From: Oikopleura dioica
Lineage: Eukaryota > Animalia > Chordata
Direction: 5' to 3'
Length of the DNA stretch: 64,000 nucleotides
NCBI GenBank assembly: GCA_907165135.1
Contig: OU015568.1
Span: forward strand, 434,001-498,000
The notes below the pieces were generated by a model. The model had not been told where the DNA came from, did no database searches, and was given only the letters and a program-made list of their open reading frames with translations. Shown piece by piece: positions 13,428 through 36,128 of this stretch. Made by a program: the position numbers and the translations under genes. Numbering within the stretch: position 1 is the first letter of the stretch; every line of letters starts with the position of its first letter.

Positions 13428-13635
13428 AAACAGAAGAACTACAAAGACAAACAAATCTACCGAAATGCCACGATATTTCTTCATTTTACAACTTTATTTT
13501 ACGAATAAACCGACGAACAATTTTTGACTCAACATATAAGACTCCAATTTTTATTATTCGTCATAAAGAACATTTTCCCATGTGATAATCCAAATGTCAT
13601 AAGTCGTCAATTCAGCTTTCAAACACTATTTTTTT

Positions 13636-14306
13636 CTATTCGAGCAGGAGGTCAATTTCTCGCAAGAGCTGATGCAGCGGCAGTCCCATAACATTATAAT
13701 AACAGCCTTCGATGCTCTTGACAAGCACTGCTCCAGCTGATTGAAGTCCGTATCCTCCTGCTTTGTCCATTCCGTCTCCAGTGCTGACGTACCATTCCAA
13801 TAGTTCCTCCTTGTTGTCTCCGAAGTTGACTTTTGATTCGACGGAAAATGAGCGCGTCTAAAATGAGTTCTCAAGAAACAGAAAGAGAAGGGATTGAACC
13901 TTATTTTTGTACTTCAAGCAAACTCCAGAAAACACAGAATGGCTCCCTCCATTCATCGATTTCAGCCGTTCGAGTTGTTGAGTTCTGTCCGCTGGCTTGC
14001 CGAATATCTGAGCCCCGGAAGCAATTACTGTATCGCAGCAGATAAGAAAGTCAGTTGCTTCAAGATCAGCCACATTTTCAGCCTAAACAGATGTTGTTGA
14101 AAAAAGAAAGCAGTGAAAGGGCTCACCTTATTTTCTGCAATGAGTTTGACCAAGTTCTCGGGCGAAAGATCTGTTCGTTTCATTAACTCGGTTTCGTCAA
14201 ATTGCGGCGATTTCTGGACGAATTCCAAGTCCACCATTTTGAGAATATCCCTCCTTCTCGGACTCGTTGATCCAAGCACGAATCGACCGTTGAAGTTTTT
14301 GAACAT
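13636..14306 (-). CDS. Maf-family nucleoside-triphosphate pyrophosphatase (ASMTL N-terminal-like), 3 exons
   Basis: LGSTSPRRRDIL, ICCDTVI...IFGKP, SMNGGSHSVFSGV and DKAGGYGLQ...IEGCYYNVMGLP motifs; stop at 13636-13638. Confidence 0.9.
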
Positions 14307-15185
14307 TTTTCTTTTCTTCTAAATCCGATAATTAGGGCTCTTATTTCGATAAAATTGGAAAAAGATACAAAAGAGAAAAGGTCAAAATCAACGAAAAATG
14401 GCCAAAGTCGAAAATTTTGGTCAAAGAAAAATCAACCAAGAGAATCTAAGGCTCAAGAAAAGCATTTTAACGACAGCCATTTTTTCTCGATTCTTCTTTT
14501 TTTCGACTCACAAAGAAGATGCGGAAGAAACTCCATTTACTAAGAACAAAAGAATTTTTTTCAGAAAATTGGCTTAGAGATTTTTCATATAATTCACAAA
14601 AAATAACCACTTTTTCTCTAACTTACGCGAGATCCGAGTAACAACCTAATTTCTCAACCTACGCGGGGCCAGGGCTCTTGGCGCATTCTTCAAGAAGAAA
14701 ACGGAAGAATTGAAAAAATAAGAGAAAAATCATGATTTTCAACGGACCCGCTGGTTCGTTCCCTCTTTATCGATTTATTTTGGCGAACTTTTCTTTTGAA
14801 AAAAGTTGGAAGTCAGACTCGAAAATGAATCAATCTTTAGCTCAAATTTGAGCCTCAAAAGTGTAGAGAAAATTGCTGTAGAAAAAGAACTGTTCCCATG
14901 TTTCCTTTCATCGAAATCATCTCAATCATGTTTCAAATTTTAAAAATTTTAACCCATTCATATTTCCTGACCAAAATTTTGGCTCAATTAGGCGTTACTT
15001 TGCCTACCGCATTATTTCTGCGGCTCCTTTCTAACAAATAAAAATTTATAAAAAGGAGGATTTCTAGCATGATAAGCGTACCTTTGTGCGGGGTCAAACA
15101 AAATAATGCCTTATTGAACCAAAATATTGGCCAAAATCCGTAGATGAGTTAAATTTAAACTAACAATCTTTCTATTTCAGTCACC

Positions 15186-24451
<9,266 letters not shown>

Positions 24452-26778
24452 TGCTGAGGGCGTAAGTAAAGTCCATGTCGGATAGGGAATCGATCTTAGG
24501 AAGTTTTAGAGGAAGAATTGCTTTTGGGAAAACTTACAGATGAATCAGAAGTACAGTTGAAGTCGAGGTCCTCAAGTTGAGCATATTTTCTCGACTGGTG
24601 CTTTTCCTTGTAGCCAAGGTCAGAGAGAGATCTGCATCGCTCTACAATTCTGTCATGCTTCAAGCGATCGTACTGTGATTTCTGCTCAAGAAAATTATCC
24701 TGTTTCTGGCTCTTCGATGACCTTCGGGACTCTGATCGTGAAGGTTTTCTTCTTGGCTTTGATTCCTCTCTGAAAGTGTTGAATTTTTCTACTAGAAAGG
24801 GTCGTACCGGATGGAGGGTTTTCTCCTTGTTTTCGTCCGCCTTCTCTTCGTCGTTCCATCTGGCTTACTTTTGATATCATAAACGACTCTCTCATGAGAG
24901 CAACAACTTTCCCTGGAAGTCTTTCTTGGCAGACTTACGCTTGAATACCTACCGGAAATGTCCGGCTTTTCGATAAGCGTAACAACTGGCAAATTGCTCG
25001 GTAAATTTGGGGGCTTTTCAACTGGAGGCGGAGTGACTGGCGATTCCAGCTCATTTGATGAGTAATTCCCTGACGAACACCCTAACAAGAGTTATTTTGT
25101 TTATTTATTTTTTAAGGATACCTGAATCGCGGCTTCTCGAGCTTTCAGAATTCGCCACCGCCTTCATAAACACCATGTAAGTATCATTATCCGGAAGAAG
25201 TTTTTTCTTCTCCTTGTTGACCACGGGCGGTCTCACCAGCTCGCTGATCTTCTGCCCCTCCACCGGCTGTCCAGTCCCATCCCAGCCAGAAAGCGACTCG
25301 ATTAGATCAGCGAAGAGTTCTGCTCGAGCTCTTGCACGGAGACATACGAGCTTTTTTGATGCTAGAGCGGCGTTTGATGCGTTTATAAGAAGAGGAATCA
25401 GCACCTTGGGAATTGAGAGTTGAAATATAACTACATGTTATAAATTTAAATAATAAGCAATTTCATCCAAAAGGCCCATAAAAAAAGCGACTTTATTGGC
25501 AAATTCGTTGAACCCTGTTCCATAAAAACGCGATAAAACTATAAAATCGCTACGTATAAGTCTATTTTCAGTTTTTATATAAGATATTTATAAGACTCTA
25601 TCAAACCTGCTGCAGATTCTTTTTTGAAACCACCGAGGGCTCTGGTATTTTCGGTCCGAAGTCACCGACGCTTTTATCCGCGACAATCGAGATCTTGTAG
25701 CTTTCGTTTTTCGAAGAAAACTGAACAGGCTGGACGATGATGTAGACAAGTACGCGGTCCTCTCCCATAAGATCTGGAGAAAAAGGGGTCTGATGGCCTT
25801 GGAAGATGATTTGGACGAGTGGGGCGAGGGCTCGTTCTTGTCGCTCGCGGAAGGTTTTCATCATCGGCGCTGGGTGGATCATCAGATTATGCTCTGAAAA
25901 AGAGGTTTGGATTGAAATTTCTCGATAAAAATTGTGTTTAAAAAGGAGAGAATTCAAAGATACCGGAGTGCTGGGCATGATAGGCGGTTGAACCGTCTGT
26001 TCCTCTGATCGGCGACGAAATAGTAGCCAAAAAGTTGGTCAAATGTCGCGAAATCTGAACATTCGAAACCATCGTCAACGAGTCGTACTGCTTCTCCAAC
26101 TGTAGTAAAAGACCGATGTTGTGGATTTTCGATGTTGAGTGCTCGTCATAGCTCGAAATCGTCTCCCACGCATTGAGGCTGACAACGGGGCTGAAGGAGT
26201 CCATCGAAAGGGAGCCGAAAACAGTAGAAGCCCAGTCGATCGAGTCAGTTGGAGCAGCGACTTGGCGAATTTCAGTGCCAGAAACGGATCGCAAGACGAT
26301 GGAGTATTCTTCCTTTTCAAGCTGTTTATTGAGATTCTTACAAGATCGATAGAAGAGAAGTCCGAGCTGACAAGTCGAAGATCATCAAAATTTTCGGAGA
26401 TTTTTTACGATTTTCCGTTATTTCTGAGCTTAATTTTGACAAAGAATAATTGAACAAAAGAGACCAGTTTAAGAAACCGCGCTATTTTCACTCGAGCAAA
26501 CAAAAAGGAGTGCACAAATATTCGCATATTTGCGCATTGAAAACTCTTTTGATAGAAGAGAAATAGGAAAGAAGAAAAAAAAGAGAGGAAGGAAGAAAAT
26601 ACTCATCGAAAATCAACAAACTCTCATGAGTTAGAAATTAAAATTAAGACAGGTGCTTAATTGTAAAAGTAAGTCAACCCTCCTTTTTTATTACGCTGCT
26701 TGCCCCGCGGGCTGAATTCGATTTTCTAAACCCTCATTGATTTTTTTTTGACAGAGAAAATTTCAGGAACAACAGAAA

Positions 26779-29398
26779 ATGGAAGAGAACGAGTTATTAA
26801 TAAGAGCATCGAAATATGAAGAAAGATCGAAGAAAATCGCAACTCAAGACAGATATATTTTTATAGGAATTTTAACCGTAAGTCTATCTTAAATTTTTCC
26901 CCGAATTTTGAAAAATCTGAAAATTCTGAAGTCAACAAACAAGAATTTTTTGCTGACTATTTTTTAATTTATATATAGATATTGCTTGTATACTTCAATT
27001 ACACCCTTCAACTTGGCGATTCCAAATTCGATTGGGTTGTCACATGGGAATATGCAGCCTCCCCTCCCGTTTCAGAACCGCTTACTCCAGAACAAGAAGA
27101 ACGAATGGGTAAGCTAACAATTATCTGCAGCTTCTTTCAAGGCCCCTTTTCAGAGTCGGTCGAGAAGCGAATGCTCCGTCGTTATTTGGTCAAAAACCTT
27201 GCTTGTACATATCGACAACAACTTTACGCAATGGCGGCTGATAAGAATAACACGATTGAGGATCTACTTGATTTTCACAGACTAATCGAAGGTTTATCCG
27301 TTGAACCAGGCGGTGAACCGAAGGATCCGTATTCTTGGAAGCGATTTGATTCGATGGCTCCGATCAAGTGGAATGATAAATTCGGCTCCAAATATTCCCA
27401 AGCATCCAATATTCTATCTCGTTTGAAAAAAGTCAAAGTTTGGAGCCAAATTTCAGTGTTTTCTCCTTACGCCACGCTGACTCCCAAAAAGTCAAAAAAG
27501 ACTTCCTGATTTGCCTCCCACCTAAAGCCGGGACATCCAACTGGCAAATCGCCCTCGCAAAACTTTCCAAGACGAAAGAAGAAATGGCCGCAAAAGGCGT
27601 CGTGCTTGAGGACGACTCGAATAAAAACGTGTTTTATCCAGCAGCTTTGTATGGCTTTGTTCCGAGGTTTCATACAGTCAAGCATGCTGCGCTGTTGCAG
27701 GGGAAGGAGAAGAGATATATAAATACGAGGGATCCATTTACAAGGGCAAGATCAGGTAAAATATCATATTTTAAATATGAAAAAGAAGTGGTCAAAAGAT
27801 AGAGCTCTGAGACCCTTAGGATCGTCAAAATTTTCTTATGGGCGATTAGTTATGGCCTATTAGTAATAGGCTATTACTTACAGGCCTCCTAAAAGTAAAT
27901 AGATATAATCAACAGCTGGATTTTTGGAAATCTGCATAACAGATGGCCTATAAAACACCTGAGATAGAAGGAGGTGGCGCGCTTTTTATGAAAATAAAAA
28001 TAGCTCTTCAAAATTTTACTTGATTTCAGATTAACAAATGAAAACAAAAATGTATTCAACTTGACTTTTTGTATTCGCACGGCCAAATTCTGCTAAATAT
28101 TTGAAATGAATCGTATATTTTTATAAATCCTGATAATATTGACTGATTTTTAATATAAATGATACTCTCATTCAAAGTTGTTAAAAGTATTTTCAACTGA
28201 CTCTCGATATTCAATTTACCCTTCTTTAATTCTCAATATCTTCCATGAATCATGGAACCATATTATGGACCATGATTCCAAGATTTTGAGATCATCTCGG
28301 GCTTATTCCGACAGAAGAAAGAATCAAAAATGCCCACTAGACATCATCAACGAAAGATTAATTCTTAGATAATGAAACTCTAAATTTCTTTTAGGCTGGA
28401 GAGACAAAATCCAGTACTACCCAGAAGATCCTGCGCACGAAGCAAACAACAGACAATTCAACTCCTATATCGAAAAAGCCCGAAAAGAGCCTGGCCCACC
28501 CGCTCCGCCAAAATTCAAAGTCTCCCTTGAAAAATGGCTGCGAATGCTGGTTCATGACACAAACGACGCGGCAATGAATCAACATTGGAAAGCTCAAGAC
28601 GAATGTTGTCATTTTGTAAGTTCCTGTTTTTTGACCATTCGCTGTCGAAGACTAAGTTCAACGGTTTACCGCCGGTTATGTTTTGACAGCTTCGATCAGT
28701 CATAACATGAACAAGCTTAGTTTTTATGGGAATTCGTAGAATGAGTAGCAAAAACATTATGTTTTCCAAATCTCGTCATTTCCTGACATTGAACACGAGT
28801 TTTCCGAAACGAAAATCTCTTATCTATAATTCTCCGCAATTTTGACGTTATGATGATTTATACTATCTGACAGCAAAATCAAGCGGCAAAATATTCATTC
28901 GAGCCTCGAAAAAATGCTAAAATTGGCAATTTATGAGCGAAAACCAGGCAAAAATGCGACAATTTCGACCAAAATCTTGGTCAGATTTTTGACAAACCAG
29001 ATGTCGACATTCGACCGGCCAGCCAATCAAATTTGAGAAAAAAAAATTGTCCCGAAAGTCGAATTATTTGTTGCATCTTTCAATCTAAGAATATTCTCTA
29101 GTGTGCGATGGACTACGAATACATCATCCACGGCCGTCGATCAGAAGAAGAATGGCCTTGGGTCCTGGACAAGCAGGGCCTGACCGGCATTCTCGAGCTC
29201 GCCCCTCGCTACGGCGGCCCAGACCCCGATTCCGGCTGGTTTCATCACGAAGCCCAAGGATTCGTAGAAATACCAATCGACTTGATAAAAGAACTTTACA
29301 GACGATACTACTTTGACTTCGTCGCTGGAGGGTACTCTCCTCAATTCGTTGAAAAATTCATTAGTGCAGTTGAAGAAGCCCAAAATAACCTAAGATAG
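26779..29398 (+). CDS. Carbohydrate sulfotransferase (Sulfotransfer_2 / CHST-type), type II membrane protein, nested in a Rap1GAP intron
   Basis: N-terminal TM segment; 5'-PSB motif CLPPKAGTSNW; 3'-PB motif RDPFTRARS|GWRDK; HWKAQ and YEYI...ELYRRYYFDF C-terminal motifs. Confidence 0.85.
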
Positions 29399-30866
29399 AG
29401 TGCGAAAAGTGTTCAAAATGCCAAACAAAAATATTCTGTAAAGCATAATTTTAGCCAAAAGTGTTCAACAAAAATTATTCTATTCATTTTTAAAAGCTGT
29501 AATAAATATTTATTAGAACGGTTTTGACGAAAATTTGCAGGCCCAAAATTCTCCATTTTTAAAAACGCCCATTTTTATATAAAACTGACGTAAGAACCTT
29601 CAAAGCACCAAAAGCTTTATCGTGAAATAAATTTAAGAATCTATCCTTTATCGAAAGCACAAGCGGTCCCCAGAGTCTACTGTAGCCGACCAGATTGAGA
29701 TGTTCTTTTCCGATGAATTCTTCTCGGTAAAATAGTGTTTTCTTGTCGATTTTGACGGATGTATCGATGTAGGCGATGTCGACGGGTTTGAGTTCTTCGA
29801 CGGGAAGGAAGAGGGTAGGGGCTCGGTGGCGAAAACCTCTTTTAATTTTGGTCAAAAAATTAGCGGCAGGATTTTAAAAATCTTGACCAAATTGGTCTTT
29901 CAAGCATAAAGAAACTTTTTTTTCATCAAAAAACTTAAAAATGGTTAAAAATTTCATAAAAATTTCTTTTTTTTTTTTAATAATTTTGGTCAAAAAAATG
30001 ATTTTTGACCAATTCCTGACCCACCAACCATTCGGCGCAACAACTTGCGGAAAAGGCGCTCCATTCCTCAAAACTTCGGCAAAGCTGGGCTCAAGCAGAT
30101 CTGACCCTGACGAGATGCCACTGTCAAGTCTTCCCATCGTACTGATCGAATACTGTGGCGCGGAAATCTCCGATCCATCGTGTACTTCGTGCAGCTCTTC
30201 GTAAACGGGCTCCTTTGAAAGAGATTTGGGCTCTTTACGGAAGATCGACAGGACGCGGGAGATTTTGCGGCCGAGTTTTGGCTTTTGTTTCTCCGGCGAG
30301 TCGCTCGGGCATTCTAGATTTGTTTCTCTTGGAAATGAAGGTTTTCTCTGTTTCTTACCGTCATAATGATGCTCCACCTCGTTCATATTTATTTAGAAAG
30401 TGGCGGGAAGAAAACTTGGAATGCTCTGAGCTCGCTGCTAAATTCGCGTATTACCGCGGCGTGAAATCCATCCGCCAAATTGCGTGCCACATGGTGCGCG
30501 ACCACAGGCAGCGCGTGGCAAAATGTTTACCGTAAGTCAATGTAATAAATCACCGGTAAATTGAGATATTGATGTCATTTATTAAAATCTTAAGAGCCTG
30601 TAGTTTTATTTTTAGGAAGGGAAAACGGGGTCTTATTCGTTGTTTCTCCACAATTCGTCGAAATCGGGGGCAGTGACGCTCGAAAATTTGCCGATATCGG
30701 AGGTCAGTTGGGTGGCCGTGGAGTGTTTTGGAAGCGATTGCTACAATAGAAATTCTTGATAAGGATTTTTTTCATCAATCCATCATGGCTTCCCATTGGT
30801 CAAAATGATCAACAGTCGATTTTCGACCAATAGAAACTCGAAGAAGCTGATGGAAAGAGCTATTAA

Positions 30867-31205
30867 GGACCCCCCGTCAGCTTTTTTCGAAAAATCGATT
30901 TTCGGAATTTCAAAATTTTGACCCCGGAAATGGATTCTACGTGTCAAAAAACGTTTTTGATGCTGCATTTTTTGGGGGTCTATCTCGACTCTAACACCCT
31001 CAAAATCGCGTTTGAAAATTGGACTTTTCGTCGAAAAATGACGAAAATGTGCAATTTTTGGTTCAATTTTTGAGTTTTCTTGGTCAAAACTTGCTTATGT
31101 CAAGATTTTATACTTAATCTAACTTCCAGACGCATTCAGAACAAAAATATGGCATTTTTGAAAATTTTCATTTTTTGAAGAAAAAAGCTGACGGGGGGGG
31201 GGTCC
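30867..31205. mobile_element. TTAA-flanked MITE (Kolobok/T2-like), 339 bp
   Basis: TIRs GGA(C)nGTCAGCTTTTTT at both ends (6 versus 10 C); TTAA at 30863-30866 and 31206-31209; a diverged relative lies at 55744-56255. Confidence 0.8.
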
Positions 31206-31209
31206 TTAA

Positions 31210-34200
31210 CTATTCACTTACGAAAGAAGTAGCATTCTGAAGATTCATTACTGACATGTGAGATGGGTCACGTGCGTAGCCAGTTGCAGTTACTCGGCCA
31301 TCCGGGTCATTTCCAGCGACGACTCGTGCCTTGAAAATCTGTCAACAAAGAATTAATTTTTTCTTTCCTACAATTGCTGGACTTCTTGGTAGCTGCACCA
31401 CGCCGCCATTGGTTCTGTAAGTATCAGAATATCTCGGCACCGGCTCGTATGTATCCTTGCTCTTCTTGTATCTCACACAGGCGAGGACTGTTATCGACAG
31501 AATCGTCAGCAAAACAAGCAATACCGTCATGACAACAGTAATCGTGCACTCCTTGGTCTTGCACAGCTCTTCTTCAGCAATTGGGCAGATTTTGCAACAA
31601 TGACCTTCGGCGAAAATCGGTTCCAAGCCACTTTCACAGGCTTCGATTGGAGGACAGGGGTCGACAAAACAGCTGATGTCGCCGCGAAGACATTGGCAAG
31701 TCGTACAGACATCCTAAATTGTTGGTGAAATGAGGAAGGAATTTCTAGCAATACTCGTTTCCAAGTGGTTTCAGAAAGTCTGTCATTCATTTCATTGTCG
31801 ATACAACTGTCTTCCAAATGCTTTCGAAAATTATTTCACCAAAAAAATTCTTAATAAAAATGCCTTCAAAAGCAAGTCCAATCCCTGGCGGCGTAAAATC
31901 AATACAAATCGGGCAGCATGTATCTTTTCTGATGACCGGATTTTCGCAATCCACTGGTTCGCAAATTTCATTGCGGCACACGATCTCTCCGCCATCGCAG
32001 TAACAACTCTTGCAGTTTGAAACTCGCCAACTTTGTCCATGTTCGATCGCTCCTTTTTCTTCGCTGATACAGAGGCGGTGGTTGAGAGGATTGGAGATTT
32101 CGCAAATTGGACAGCAGCTAGAATTTTCAGCTATTTATTTGGAAGAATTTTTGGCTTCTGCGCTGACTAATTTTTCTTCTTCAATTTCGACCTTCGGGAA
32201 CAGTCTATTTTGAGTCAATGGTATTTGACGATAGGTCAGTTGTTAGTCTCAAGAATCCTGACATTTTCGACGTATTTGCTACGTACTTTGTCGTAATGCC
32301 CAAAAATCTTTTTGAAGGGTGCTTTTCACGCAAGAAAGCTAAAAATCTACCTTCCGGGAATCAGTATTGGCTCATCACAAGTGACCGGTGGGCAGACATG
32401 ATAGGAGCACATGACAAAAGATGCCATACATCCGCAAATGAAGCAATTTTCTTCTGTTGGTCGCCAAACTTCTCCGTTGACTAGACCTAATTCGTCGCAT
32501 TTTTGCTAAACGATTGCCATAATGCGAAAAAAGGAAAAAATACCGGTTTGAAGAAATCGGCTGATGATGTAGAAATTTCAGTAGAATTCGTATTTTCAAC
32601 TAAAGTCAAACACTGTGGGCAGCATGAGTCTTCAGGGAATACGACAGCTTGACAGCCGGAGACATCTGGGCATTTGATCAGGTTGCAGAGAATCGAGCCT
32701 TCGTTGTTCTCATCGAAGCCGGAATAGCAGAAGCATAGATGACAACCTTTGATTTTGTTAGCGAACTTATTTTTACCGGGTTTAGAACTGCAAAGGATGT
32801 ATACATTAAGTTTTTAGAATCAACTTCAAAAATTATCAAAAATATTTTATTTCAAAAATTCTTCCCACAATTATGGTTTTCAGAAACAGTTCCTGATTTC
32901 CACATCTCCCCCTCTTTCTTCTTACTAGTTCCCACAGTACAAACGCTTCCCGCCCTTTTCTCAGTCAGCGCCGTGTCATTTTCATTTTTCTTCCTGCAGC
33001 GGCAAATTCGACATCCGCTGTCGTTGATCACCATGCCGTGCGGGCAAATGAGCTGCGTCATGACTCCGAAAGTGTCACGTGATTCGCAATTGAAGGACGG
33101 ACATCGGCGGCATTGGCAAATCTCGCAACCGTAGTTGTCCTGGCGATAACCATAAGGGCAGACTAGACGACATTTCAGAATTAAAAAGTTGTTGAAAGCG
33201 ATAAGTTTTTATCGAAAAGGTAAAAAAGGAAAGAATCGCATCGTCACTTACTCTTGACACAGTCACCCAGGTTCGGGCACTTGAGCGGAGTTTTCTGGCA
33301 TTTACAAAGTTTGCATTTCGTAGTTGGATCGCGCTTGAATCCAAACCGGCGACAGGTCTTCTGACAGCCGGATAGCGACGGGCATCCGTCTTTGGTGATA
33401 ATTTCTGACGACGAACTCAGTCCGTCCTCGTAAGTGTAGTCGGGGCAATGACAGATTTCGCAGTCGCGGGAGTCGAACTCAATTTGGCATGGAAATACGC
33501 AGCGGGGCATCCTAGAAATATATTAGGAATAAGAATTCTTATTATTTTTACAAACCTCGGACAGGTGTCTTCTTCAAATATAAAATAATCGTAGGTCTCA
33601 CACTCAGCCCTGCAGCACTTATCAAAATGCGCCTTGTCCTTCTTTTCATAATTCTGACACGTTTCCGGGGTACAAGCAAACGCCTCACAGTCAGTTCTAC
33701 CATCCGCCTTGCAAGTGCATTTTGTACACTCATCCGACCACCACGTATCTCCGACTTTTCTCAGCTGCCCGTCGAGCTTGCCACAGAAAGGAGTCACCTC
33801 GGAAATCGACGAGTCAATGTTTAGGTCAGAGAGGCCGCCGCATTTTTCTACGTCGCAGCAGGTTCCGGGAATTCCGTTTCCTTGCTGAAGCAGAATCTTT
33901 GGAGTTCCATTTCCGCAGAGGGTTCTCGGGCAGGGTTTGCAGATGCAGCTATCGGGCTGTGGACAGCATCCATCATCGCTCCATTCGCCTGATTTTAAGG
34001 GTTGGAAAATGCGTTTGAAGCTCTAAGGAAAATGAGACTTCTGATTGGCCCCTGCAATCTATGCTCGATTTTGATTGGCTTGCATCCGCATGAACCAGCC
34101 CTTAAATTAATGCACCCTTTCCTGGTAGAATTTCACTATCAACCGGACACGAAATTCTCCTATTCTTATATCTCGGACATTTTCTCTTCTCACATCTTCT

Positions 34201-35564
34201 GATAAGCGCCAATTGGCAATCCTCAATCGTCAGGAATGGAAATGGGTCGATGCAACTCTGTTCTTGGCGACATTCACAAGTATTCTCAACAATTTCGCAG
34301 CCTTTGAAAACGAACATTTTGCAGCTGTCATTTTCGGTCTATCACCGAGGATCTTTTGTATAAGAAAAATGAAAGGCTTGAAGGTTTGACTCCTTCAGAC
34401 AGTTAAGAGTCAGGAAAATCTTCCAGCTTGATTTGATAAGGTCAACTTTCAAGACAAATTCCCTGAGAATCTTAAAAAGTCTGACTCAAGGAGAATTTCT
34501 TCTTAGAAAAGACCCTTCCCATTAACGACTTGCAAGTGCCAATAACATTTCCATCATTATTCAAGCTGCTTGGAATCACGCAATACAGTCCCTGATCCGG
34601 CGCACATTGACCACTGAGTCCATACATTCCTCCACAAGACTCTCCCTCCGTCTTCCCGCAGATTTTGCAGCAGTGACAGCTATCAAAAACTTTTCTTCCG
34701 TCACAATCATCATTTTCTGCTGAGCAGCGTCGCTCGTATATCGTTCTTATCAAAATGGTACTCTTTGTTCTTTTTGTAGAATATAATTTTTGACTGATGT
34801 TTTAGATAGAAATAGAACAGACCTTTTCTTATCTATTTTTATATCTTTCTACATTTGTATTAACTTGCTTGACCTAAACTAGTCAAGACTAGTCAATCGA
34901 TTTATCAAAAGACTTTCCATAAAAAGACTACAGTACCAAAACTAACAGAGCAATCTTCTGGCAAACAACTGAATCCAACCACTCTCTGTGCAAATATCTC
35001 TAGCAAAAAAATGAACAAGAAACTCATGCTCGAAAAATGGAGAAAAAAGCTCAGTAAGAAGAAAGGGATGACGCGGGGATTGAGTCTGAACTTGACCTTG
35101 TCACCTGGTTGGACCCCCTGCGCGGATTCAAGAGAGAGAGAGAGACTCGATTTTGAAATTGAGAATTTGAAAAATTTGAATTGTGCTTTATTTGGATTGT
35201 ATTCTTTTCAGGGCTGCTCTTGGCAAGATGTTCGGAAGTTATCAGCAGTCGGGGCCATTCGGCAGTAAGAACAGGCAGACACTTCCATTGCGGAGACACA
35301 GTCGTAGACTCTTCCCCAGCCGAGGGATTCCCAGTGGACGTTGCAATGCTTAAATATATAAATAAGAATATAGCGGGCAAATATAGGCGTGTCTAATTAT
35401 CCATAAGTCTGAAAATAAAATATTTAATTGCGGATCTTCTTTTAAGTTTTGTATTTACAAGAACATTGTATACTAATATCCCAACTAAAAAACCTGAAAC
35501 ATCAAGAATCAAAATATACCTTGACATGAACTTCTCCCCGGCCACTGCCTCGAATGTCGGCCAT
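31210..35564 (-). CDS. CRIM1: Cysteine-rich motor neuron 1 homologue (IGFBP, vWC and antistasin domains, TM, cytoplasmic tail)
   Basis: IGFBP motif (SCHCCKICGKTEGESCGG...GQC); vWC repeats (GDTWWSDECTKCTC...CC); antistasin-like repeats (CPHG..INDSGCRICRC); TM ITVVMTVLLVLLTILSITVLAC; stop at 31210-31212. Start codon tentative. Confidence 0.88.
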
Positions 35565-36084
35565 TCTGTTGCATCGAACACTAGTCACGCCCGAGATTCC
35601 ACGGCCATGCAGATCTCCCTAGAAACAGCGTTAATTTCACCTCTTCCTCTCATATTTAACCTGATTTTGAGCAGCAGTAAGGGCTTGAGAAACAGCGTTC
35701 AAATAAAACTGGCTATTGGAAGCTTCGGAGGGAAATTGAGGGCCGAAAGCAGAGGCAGAAGCAGCGAGGGTCGCAAAAATCTTCATGATGTTTTCTTTCT
35801 TTTTTTCTAGTGTCTTGTCTTTTTTGGCAAAGACGGCTTGGTTTTATATCGCGGCGATGGAATGAGCAAACAAACAAATTGATTTCGAAAGAGTGTTTAG
35901 GATTTGAAGAAGTTACTCAGCAACACATGACGCACATTGAGGAACACAAGACGCGGAACACAAGATTCTCAAAAGTTTCAAGGACCAATTTATATCAGCA
36001 TAGATTCTGGCAGCTTTTTCGAAATTATCAGGCTCTCCAAAAGTATTACAAAAATATCCTGGTACAGATTGGACCTTTGAACGC

Positions 36085-36128
36085 TTAGGGTTAGATTTAC
36101 CCTTGGGTTGGTTAGGGTTAGGGTTAGG
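36085..36128 (+). repeat. Short degenerate interstitial (TTAGGG)n tract
   Basis: TTAGGGTTAG...CCCTTGGGTTGGTTAGGGTTAGGGTTAGG. Confidence 0.7.

Noticed and set aside
31678-31686. RGD motif in the last vWC repeat of CRIM1
   Set aside because: A three-residue match inside a disulfide-bonded domain; exposure and conservation cannot be judged from this sequence.
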